This document shows positions 10,417 through 22,400 of a DNA stretch of 64,000 bases, in pieces. The number at the start of each line of letters is the position of its first letter. The stretch's first letter is position 1. The position numbers were made by a program, and so were the translations under genes. The stretch spans positions 158,776 to 222,775 of the IMG/VR virus record IMGVR_UViG_3300036770_007547; one strand, written 5' to 3'. The notes below the pieces were generated by a model that worked only from the letters and a program-made list of their open reading frames with translations, was not told the DNA's origin and searched no databases.

Positions 10417-13400
10417 TGGCCAAGCGCAGGACCATAGACTTACTTCCTGAGATTTTCCAGACAGACACCAATCGTCAGTTCCTGTCGGCCACCTTGGATC
10501 AGATGATCCAAGAGCCCAGCGTACAACGAATACAAGGTTATGTGGGACGTCGCATCGGTCCAGGAGTGATACCCAGCGATCCATATGTCAACGAGCCCAC
10601 CAAATCTCGCACCGATTACCAGCTCGAGCCCGGTGTCATATTCCTCAAACCCGACACCTCCACTGCCACTGACACCATCACCTATCCCGGCATGTTGGAT
10701 GCTCTGCGATTGGACAACGGAATCACGGTTCGCCAGGATCGCATGTTCGAGAATCAGTACTACGCCTATGATCCCTTTGTAGATCTCGACAAGTTCAGCA
10801 ACTACAGCCAGTACTTTTGGTTGAGCGAAGGGCCCGATGCGGTCGATGTCAGCAGCACTGCCATCCCCATCACCGATGATTTCACAGTCACACGCGGCAG
10901 CAACGACTACACTTTTTCAGGAGTGGCCGGCGAAAATCCCATATTGACCCTGGCACGTGGCGGAACCTATAATTTTGCGGTAAATCAAAACGGTCACAAC
11001 TTTTGGATCCAAACAGCACCGGGAGTGAACGGTGTGAATCCCGACTTCCCCAATCTCAGTACTCGAGATGTGCTGGGCGTGATCAACAACGGCGAAGACA
11101 ACGGCACAGTGCAGTTCAACGTGCCCTACAAAGACGCACAGAATTTCTACTATGGTCTCAACACCATGGAGCCTGTGGATCTCTTGGGTCAGGGATTCAA
11201 GTTCAACGAGATCAACAACATCTATGTCAACGATTTCTTGGCCAAGCATCCCCAGGGCATCGACGGTATCACCGAACTCAACGGACTCACCATTGTTTTC
11301 CCCAGTCGCATCGGCGATGCCGATGATGGCGGTTGGCGCATAGACACACAGTTTGATCCACTGGTGCGTACCACGCCCGATCGTATTGGCACCTACTTCA
11401 GCTATGATCTAGTCACGAGAACCGTGGCCGATCGCACGTCAGAGACTCGCAGCTTTGACTTGGTCACACGCACCGTGCCCAATCAAGTGGTGCAAGAAGT
11501 GGGATTCGATGCCACAGTGCTACCGTTTGACGAGCAGCCATTTGGAGCCACCACCAATGTCGAGACCGGCGTACCTGATCCCTTGGATGGCACACCCGGC
11601 ACATTTGACTTTGATCCCGAGGACAGCAGCACCGATGATTGGGGCTTTGACGCTCCTGAAATCGAAGTCACTGCCGGTCCCACCGATCCCTTGGATGGCA
11701 CACCGGGCACGTTTGACGTCAGTGGATTTGAAGAGCCCCAGGTCCTGTCAGTATCGGGTCCACCCGATCCACTGGACGGTGCCGACGGTAGCTATGACAG
11801 CCTACCCTATGATCAAGACACCGACATCGTGTTGCGAGCACAGCGTTACAGCGTGTGGCAGATACAGTATGTCGAGGATGCCGACGGCGAATACTACATG
11901 ACACTGCGCAGCGTGGCACAGATACCCAATCTGTCGCGTTTCCGCATCAGCTACGGTGCCGAATACAGCAGCACCGAATGGTGGAAAGATGGTTCAGGAT
12001 TCTTGGATCGTGTTCCGCCCTTGAGTGCCGTGCTAGATGAGCTGTGGTATCAGGATTCCACCAATCCCGATATTTTTGGATTGATACGCTTGGTGGATGT
12101 GGCCGATGCCAACCCCATCAATGTCGACGACATAGTGGGGCAGACCAAATACACCAGTCCCAATGGTGTGATATTCACCAATGGACTCAAGATTAAGTTT
12201 CGAGGTCCCACCAATCCAGTTGAATATCAAAATCAAGAATTCTATGTAGAAGGTGTGGGCACTGGTCCAGGCAACGAACTCAAAGTGGGATTCGTTGATG
12301 GCGAAGCCTACTTTGGGCCGTTCCATGTGTTTGAGAATCGACGCATGACCGGTGCCGAACACAGCGACGAGGTGTTGCAGCAGTACATCTATGACACGCT
12401 GGAGGAAAGCATAGCCGCCGCTGGATCGGCTGGTCCGTTGTTGGCCACCCTAGGAACCGATCCCCAGCCCGGAGTGATCAAGAACAACGGCATCAAATTG
12501 ATACCGGTCACAGACATGGTCACTCCTGAGACTTACACTCTCAACGAACCCGTGCCCTACAGCGACTTTGGATTTGATGTTGGCAACTTTGATGCCACGC
12601 TGAATGCTCCGTTGTTGCCTGACTATATCACCATGAGTCGAGCAAGTCCGGATCAGAACCCCTGGAGTCGCAGCAATCGATGGTTCCACAAAGATGTGAT
12701 CGCTTACAGCGCCGAGCTCAACAATTCAGTACCAGTCTATGACAACGAGTATCGAGCGCAACGTCCCATTATCGAATTCCGTGCCGGACTCAAGCTCTGG
12801 AATTTTGGTTCGCAGTCACAGGGACAAGTCAATGTGATCGATTTCCTGGAAACTGATGCTCTCAGCAACATCAATGGGCAGATCGGTTATGGCTATGATG
12901 GATACGAATTCGTGGAAGGCACCCGTGTGGTGTTTGCGTCGGACCGAGATCGAGAAGTTCGCAATCGGATCTATCGTGTCACGTTTGTTGACAGCAACGA
13001 TGACGGCAATTCTCTGATAAGGCTGGTGGCCGAACCCAATGGCATAGCACAAGCCAATCAAACTTTGGTGTGTTTGAACGGTGTCCAACAACAAGGACAG
13101 GCATTCTGGTTTGACGGAAACAATTGGATACTGGGGCAACAAAAAACATCCATCAACCAGTCTCTGTTGTTTGATGTGTTTGATTCCGACGGTATCAGTT
13201 TTGGAAATCAAACTCGTTATCCCAGCAACACGTTTGTGGGCAATCGACTGTTTGGATATCGGCGCGACGAAACTGCCACAGTGGACTCGGTGCTGGGCTT
13301 TGGACTGACCTATCAAAACATCGAAAACATCGGCGACATCGTGTTTGAAAATTTCCTGTACACAGAAAATTTCCTCTACATCGAAGACAACGCCAGTATT

Positions 13401-16400
13401 GAAAAATCCGTGGGCGATGGCTATGTGCGGCAGTACCTAGATCGTGTGAGTTTCCTCAATCAGATCGGATGGCAACCTGCCCAGGCCGAAAGCCGCAGCC
13501 GCCAGGTGTTTAGATTCAATTTCACTGGTGCTGATCTCGTGTTGGATGTGCCGGTGTTGTTGGATTACACATATTCTTCCACGCAGATGTTCGTGGAAGG
13601 TGTGTTCTATGACACTGATCGATACACAGTATCGATACAAGGTGAAACCACACGCATCAGCTTTGTGGATGCACCTCCCGTGGGCAGCTTGATCGAACTC
13701 CAGGTCATCAGTGATTTTGCCAGCGAGTTGGCATACTATCAAATCCCAATCAATCTCGAAAACAACCCGCTCAATCTCGACAGCACTCGGTTTACCTTGG
13801 GCGGATTGCGCAATCACTACGACAGCATCGGGCAGAATCTCAGGGATCTAGAAGGACCGATCAACGGTGCCAACAACAGTCGCGACCTCGGCAACATACT
13901 TCGATATGGTACCAGCATCGTTCAGATGAGCGCACCCATGATACTCCCCGGCGTGTTTTTGCGCAAGCCCGAGTATGATGTGTTTGCATCCATCGAATAC
14001 AACAGCCGCGAGTACATCAAGTACAAGACACAGTTGCTGGATCTCGCAGCCAAAGGGGATTATGTCAATCTCACTCCCACTGAGATACTAGACAACGCAG
14101 TCGAAGAAATCACGCTGGGAAAGACCGAATCCTTCCCGTTCTACTGGAGTGACATGTTGCCGTCGGGCGATACCTTCACTCGTTTGCTTTATACAGTGTC
14201 GCCCATTACCACCAATGTGTTTGATACCACAAGAATTTTTGACTTGAACAGCTCCAACTTCCAAGGCGTTCTTGTGTTCTTGAACGGGCGCATACTCACA
14301 CGCAACTACGATTATCTAGTGCCCAACGATCGTGCAGTGGTCGAACTCTTGATCCCATTGGCCATCGGTGATGTCATTGAGATACGCGAGTATGACACCA
14401 CTTATGGCAGCTATGTACCAAACACGCCCACCAAGATGGGTTTGTATCCAGCCTTCAAGCCCGAGATATTCATAGACACCAGTTATGCCGAACCAACTGC
14501 TATGATACGCGGTCACGACGGTTCATTGACTGTGGCATTTGGTGATTTTCGTGACGATGTCTTGTTGCAGTTTGAAACCAGGATTTTCAACAACATCAAG
14601 ATCAATACTCCGGTTCCGCTAAAAGATGTTGATGTGATCCCCGGACAGTTCCGGGACACCGGATACAGCCTGGCCGAAATCAATTCTATATTGCTGCCTG
14701 ACTTTTTGTCATGGGTGGGGTACAACGGTCTCAATGCCAACGAACAAACATACATCGGCACCGATGAGTTTACCTACAATTACAGTCAATCCGGCAATCG
14801 ACTCACTGGTGAACCATTGCTGGGTGCCTGGCGAGGAATCTATGATTATTTCTTTGATACCTCGGCGCCCACCACACGTCCTTGGGAAATGCTGGGATTC
14901 AGCCAACGACCCGACTGGTGGGAATCGGTTTACGGCCCTGCGCCCTATACCTCGGGCAACTTGGTGTTGTGGCGAGATCTCGAACGAGGATACATCGCCG
15001 ATCCCAACGATCCAAGATTTGATGCTCGCTATGCCCGACCCGGTTTGACATCGGTGATACCAGCCGGCACCGAGGGACAACTCTTGAGTCCTTTGGGCAG
15101 CGTGGTTGGAAAATTTGACAAAAACAGTTTCCGACGCAGTTGGGTGTTTGGAGACAACGGCCCGGTGGAATATGCTTGGCGTACCAGCTCGAGCTGGCCG
15201 TTCGCTGTGATGCGCTTGCTGGCGCTCACCAAACCAGCCAAGTTTTTTGGACTGTTTGTGGATCGCGATCGTTATGCCTATGACAGCAATCTCGAACAGT
15301 ATCTTTGGAACGAAAGATATCGTCTCGATCCCGCAGACATAGCACCGTTGTACGGCAACGGAGTCAGTCGTGCCAGCTACATCAACTGGATCATTGACTA
15401 CAATCAACAGACTGGTGCAGACAGCACCACCAATCTCACAGTAGATCTCGCCAACTTGGATGTGAGATTGTGTTGGAGGTTGGCTGGATTCACATCCAAG
15501 ACTCTGCTCAAAGTGTTTACAGAGCGCTCCACTCCGCGCGGTGACAACCGTAGCTTGATGCTACCAGACGAAAGCTATCAACTGTTGCTGTATCAGAACG
15601 AAACCACCGAAGAAGTGGCCTACAGCAGCGTGATGGTACAGGTGTCCGATCAGGGCTGGACCGTGCTGGGCTACAATTTGCAAAAATCTTATTTTGAAAT
15701 TCTCACCAGCAATCCAGCCGGTACGTTCCGGACCATAGAAGCTGCCGGCACTACGGTGCGTGTGCCCGATGAATACACCGACATCGTGACACGAGTACCT
15801 TACGGATATACATTCACTAGTCGTGCTGCGGTGTGTGATTTCTTGTTGAGTTATGGTAGATTCTTGGGTGATCGAGGATTCCGATTCACCACCCAAGAAA
15901 ATGGCTATACCATGGATTGGTTCCAGATGGCCAACGAATTCTTGTACTGGAGCAACCAAGGATGGGGCACCGGCAGCGTGATCAATCTCAACCCTGGTGC
16001 CAACCTCCTGGAGTTCCAGCGCAGCGGCGAAGTAGTAGAAAGCGTCACTCCGTTCCGTCCCTACAGCATCGTACTGAATCAAGCACGACAGCCCATGGCA
16101 GCGTCTGACTTGGTGTTTGATCGCATCGAAGATCAATTCCGTATACGGAATCTCAGCGCAGTCAGCACCATAAACTTTGCCAATGTGCGACTGACCACTT
16201 ACGAGCACATGATCGTGCTCAACAACACCAGCATATTTGACGAATTGATCTACGATCCCAGCACCGGCAATCGTCAGAGTCGCATCCTGGTTTCGGGTTA
16301 CAAGAGCGCCGACTGGGACGGCACTGTGAATGCTCCTGGATTTGTGTTCAACATCAGCAACGTGCCCGAATGGCAGAGCAATCGCAAGTACACCAAAGGT

Positions 16401-19400
16401 GAGATCGTGCTGTTCAAAGACGAGTACTGGTCTGCTTCGACTATAATACAGCCCACCGAGACCTTTGACTACAGCAAATGGATCAAGAGCGACTATGCCG
16501 AGATCCAACGCGGGCTGTTGCCCAATGCTGCTTTGAGCAGCGACGAACTGTCCAACTCTTATGACATTTATTCAGCGAATCTAGAACAAGAAGTTGACTT
16601 GTTCAGCTACGGACTCATTGGATTCAGACCACGTGCTTACATGCAGTTCTTGGATCTCAATGATGTCAGCCAGGTCAATCTCTATCGACAGTTCCTTGAC
16701 AGCAAAGGCACACGCATCAGCACTGGTGTGTTCAACGAAGCTGACCTTGGTAAAGAAATAGCTCGCTACGACATCTATGAATACTGGGCCATGCTCCGCA
16801 ACAGCTACGGGGCCACTGCCAATCGCAGCTACTTTGAACTCTTGTTGAACGAAGGCAATCTGCAAAGCAATCCCAGCACCATACAAGTGGTACAGACAGT
16901 GGTCACTGACAGCGTGGCTGATCAGATAGTGACTGTGGATTCAATATGGAAAAGCAGCTACAAAATCACATCGCCGTCGATATTGCCCACCACGCTTTCT
17001 GCAGTTCGTCCCGACCAAGCACTGCCCAGCGCAGGATATGTCAATCTCGAAGACGTGGACATCACAGTGTTCAGCCTCGAAAACAATGTAGATCCTGACA
17101 TCATCAATCAAATCAACGTGGGCACCACGGTATGGGTAGCCAATGTCAATGTCTATGATTGGAACATCTATCGCACAGAAAAAGTAGATGCAGCAGTGAC
17201 ACGAGTGTCTGACAATCTAAACGGCACCAGCACAGTGACGTTTGATCGAGCTCACGATCTCGAGGTTGGCGACACACTGATCATCAAGTATTTCAACGAC
17301 GATGTCAATGGTTTCTATGTGGTACGAGGCACTCCGACATTGACCACTCTCACCATTGATTATGCATTTGATGGCAATGTTACCACGCTGACTGGAACCG
17401 GTCTTGGGCTGACCTTGTCAAGCTCGCGGGTGTCAGAACCCAGTCGTATCGCCCAGCTGCCCTATGCCACTCAGTTGTTTCCAGGAGTGCGAGCCTGGGT
17501 TGACACCAATCGTGACAATCGTTGGACAGTGTTGCAAAAGACCGAGCCCTTTACAGCGCAGGTGCCCCTCGCCCCCAGCGTGCCGGTGCGATACGAAAAC
17601 TTTGGAGCATCGATCAGCCAGGGACTTTACAATCTCAGTGCGTTGATCGGGGCTCCGGGATACAATCCTCTTGATCTAGCCGCAGCACCGGGTGCAGTCT
17701 ACAACTATGTTCGCAACGAAGAAGACGAATTCGAACAGCGCAGCGTCACCGAGCTCAATGCCATTGGTGTGCAAGGTTACGGAAACGCCATCGATGTGGG
17801 CAATCAGAACTGGGCCGTGGCCGGAGCCAGCGCCAGCAACAACAACATGGGCTATGTGACCACGGTGTATGTGGCACCTGGCACCGAAGATTTCCGACTC
17901 AAACAACTGTTGGTACCGCCCGATCAAGATTTTGGTGATCTAGAGTTTGGATACTCGGTGACCATGAGTCTCGACGAACAGTGGGTTTACATCGGTGCCC
18001 CGGGAAAAAACAAAGTTTATGCCTACACTCGAGTGGATCAACAGCCGCAGACTGTGAGCTACAACACCGACGGCGCTGCTAAAACGTTCAATTACAGCAA
18101 CCATCTCGTGGTCAACAGCAATGATCCTAGACAGATCGTTGTGTTGTACAATGACCAAGAGCTGGAGTACGCAACCAGTTGGACCGTGGACAGCAGCAAT
18201 GTGATCCTCACGTTCACACCACCGGCCGGACATGTTGTAACACTGAGCCGGCGAACCATACAACAGCTGGATCGAGCAGTATCTACCGATCTAATCCCCA
18301 CCAATATCGTGGGTTCGGGTTCGGGTGCTAGATTCACATGTGTGACCCAGCGTGGTGAATATCAAATCACTGCCACATCTGCAGGCATCGGATATGCAGT
18401 TGGTGATGTTCTCAGCATCGATCAAGACGACATCGACACCCGGGACGCACCAGCACCGGCCGCAGTGACCACAGCCTACACCGGAGGTAGTGGCACAACA
18501 GTGAATGTCACCAGCACCACCGGCATTGGCGTGGGCATGACCATCAGCGGCACAGGATTTGAAAGCGCACAGTATGTCACCGAAGTGGTGGACTCGACCA
18601 CCATCACGACAAATCTAGCCCCAGATAGCACACCGTCAGGCAATCTAGTGTTTAGCCACAATGCATTGTTGGTGATCACTGCCGTGGGACAAGAAACCTA
18701 TGAAGGTGACGGCAGCACAACAACATTCAGTATACTAGGTCGTTATACCACCACAACCGAAGTGTACGTGAACTCGGTGCAACAGACATTGGGCGTGGAC
18801 TACAACTTCAGCGACGACTATTCCAGCGTGATTTTTGTCACCGCACCGCTGTACGGTGATGCCATTGTGATCGACTTTGGCACACTAGAATCATTTACCA
18901 CCAACGGACACGGTGTGGCCGACCAAGCCAATTTCTCCATCGATGACTACTTGGCCACAGCCACTGACCTCTACAGTTTCTTGATCACAGTCAATGATCA
19001 AGTCTATCGGCCACATCTAGACTACGATCTCAACACAGACAGCTCGTTGGATCCTCCCGAACTGATATTCAACACTGTACCGGCCATAGGATCCAGTATC
19101 ACTGTGAGCACCGACAGCCATTTCAAATACGTGAACACTATCTCTGTGTCTGGTTTGGATGAGAACGCACGATTTGGTCACAGTGTGACCTGCAACACCA
19201 ATGGATCGGTGTTGATAGTCGGTGCGCCTAACCAAAGCGCTGATCAAGGGCGTGCCTACATATTCGATCGATCGGTACAGAGGTTCCTGGTCACCGATCC
19301 CACCGATCAAGTGTTTAGCACTGTGCGTGATCTAGAAGTTCCAGGCAACATCAGTGTCAGTGTCAATGGTAGATTTTTGTTGCCTGATACATTGAACATT

Positions 19401-22400
19401 GGCGGTCAGTTTTCGGTTGATGTGTCAAATCCTGCCAACCAAACCGTGACTTTGGATTACACACTCAATCTCGGTGACACAGTCGAGATCAACACCAATC
19501 AATTTGTGTTGGTAGAAACCGTGTCAGCCACACAATCAGCTGAAAAACCACAGTATGGATATCTAGTGGATCAGTGTATCAACGATTGCAGTCTTTACAT
19601 CAGTGCACCACGAGACAGCTACGAGATCAGCAATGGTGGCAGCGTTGAATTCTTGCGCAACCAAGCCCGCATATACGGTACCATCACCACAGATGTAGCC
19701 AATCCAGTTCTCACCATCGGCGATTACATACGCATCAACAATTATTTTGTGGAAGTCACTGGTGCCACAGTGAGCGATCTCGCCGATGACATCAATGCTG
19801 CTGCCATACCCAATGCAGTGGCCGCTGTCACACCGGATCTAGAATTTGCCGGCGATGGCGGTACCAAGATATTCAGCATAGGCAGCATTTATTCTGATGC
19901 CACCAGTTACACCACCGTGGTATATCTCGACGATGTTTTGCAAACCGAAGGCGTAGACTACACCTACGATGCCGACAACGAAAACATAGTGTTTGTGGTG
20001 GCTCCCATCATCACTTCGACTGTGCGTGTGGTGTCCGGGCGACTGACAATATCGGCCAAAAATATATCAGCAGCGCCCGAGTTAGACAAACTCAAGGTGT
20101 CACCGGGCACAGGATCTGTGTTCACAGATCTTGGAATAGAAACTTATGTGTATCAACAAACTGTGCGGCCACCGGTCAAGCAAGCATTTGCTGGATTCGG
20201 TGAAAGTATGTTTGTCAGCGACGACACCAGCACGCTGATCATTGGTGCTCCCAACGGTAGCACCATACTTGACACCAACTTTGATGATGGCAACACAGTG
20301 TTTGACAGCGACGGTACCAACTTTATCGATCCCATCGAGCAGAGTGGTGCTGTTTATTCCTACGATTTCTTGGACTCGGCTAACCCATCCATCACCAACC
20401 CAGGTCAACTGATTTTTGGGCAACAGTTCGTGATAGAAGGTCTACAGTCACTGGATCGTTTTGGAGCATCGGTGGACCTGACCACGGGCACACTGTTGAT
20501 CGGCGCCCCGGGCTACGATCTCGAGGACAGCGCATTGAGCGATTTTGGCCGTATAGCCCAGTTCCGCAACCTAGAAGATCAGCCGGCCTGGTTCCCGTTG
20601 AGACAGCAACAGCCCGTGGTCGATGTCAATCTCTTGAACACCATATTCATGTACGATCGTGCCAGTGGACAGCCCAGACAATACTTTGATTTCTTGGATC
20701 CCTTGCAAGGACGTTTGCTGGGTGCCGTGCAACAAAACATCGACTACATTGGTGCTGTGGATCCGGCTTTCTACAACCAAGGTGCTGTCAACAATCAAGG
20801 CAGCCGCTGGGGACAACAGCAAGTGGGACGGGTATGGTGGAACACTGCAAACGCTAGATTCATCGATCCCAACCAAGACGATATCATATATGCCAGCCGA
20901 CGCTGGGCCCAGCTCTTCCCGGGCAGCACAGTGGATGTTTATCAATGGGTAGTTAGTCCGGTGCCTCCCGCGCAGTATGCTGGAACCGGCACAGTGTTCA
21001 GCACACAGAGTTATGTGGTCAGCTCGTCTATCAACGAACAGGGATTCCTGCAGACACAGTACTACTTCTGGGTCACTGGTATCAGCACCATCGATCGAGA
21101 TGCCGGAAAGACCTTGAGCATCGACACTGTGCGACGCTACATTGAAAATCCAAGAGCCAGCGGCATCAGTTACATCGCTCCGTTGTCGGCATCGACCCTG
21201 GCCATCTACAACGGCAAAAACTATATTTCTGCCGAAGACACTGTGTTGCACGTCGAGTTCGACAAAGAACTCAACAACAGTGTGGTACACCAAGAATATC
21301 ATCTGATCGCTGAAGATCGCAGCGATGGCTTCTTGACACCGGTGTTGTACCGCAAGTTCCTGGACAGCATAAGCGGTGCCGACACGTTTGGTAATCAAGT
21401 TCCAGATCCTTTCTTGAGCCCCAGTGAAAGATACGGCATACAGTTCCGTCCGAGACAGAGCTTTTTTGCCAACCGCTTCCTGGCACTGAAAAACTATATC
21501 ACTCAGACCAACTCGGTGTTGGCACGAGTGCCCGTTGCCGAACAACGACGTTTTAGGCTGCTTGCCAGTTTTGATCCCACTCCGCCCGCTAGTTCGGGGC
21601 TGTGGAACCTAGAAGTGGCCACATACGATGAATTGCTGTATCAGGATCTACGCCAGGTATCCATGGGATATCGTTATCTAGTGGACACTGATCGCACCAA
21701 CAATGGTCTCTGGACCATATACGAAGTGGTACCGGGACTGACGCCCAGCGGCAAAGACCTGCAGATCAAGTTGGTGCAAAACTATGACACACGCAAATAC
21801 TGGACTCGAGTGCCCTGGTATCGTCCCGGTTACGATCCATTGAGTCGTATCTTTACCACTGTGCCCAATGTGGCCAGCCTGGATACCCTCACAGTGCCCG
21901 AAGGCACCAGCGTCAAAGTCGAAGCCAACCTCGATGCCAAGTGGGAGATCTATCTCCTAGAATCTGGCAGTTGGAACCGCGTGGCCGTGGAAGACGGTAC
22001 CATACAGATCAGCAACAGTCTATGGAACTATGGCATTGGAAACTTTGGTTTTGACCGTGAAGTGTTTGATGCACAGTACTTTGACCAGGCTCCGTTGATT
22101 GAAACACGCAATGTGATAGAAGGAATCAACCAAGAACTGTTCATAGACGATCTTGCCATCGAGCGCAATCGTCTCTTGATCATGATCTTCAATTTCATCC
22201 TCAGCGAGCAAGAAGCTCCCGAGTGGCTCACCAAGACCAGTCTCATCGACGTGGATCACATCGTGCGAGATCTCGTACCGTTCCAGAACTATCGCCGAGA
22301 CAATCAAGACTTTATCCAGGACTACATCGAAGAAGTCAAGCCCTATCACACACAGATCAAAGAATTCAATCTCAAGTATCAGGGCGCAGATGTCTATCAA

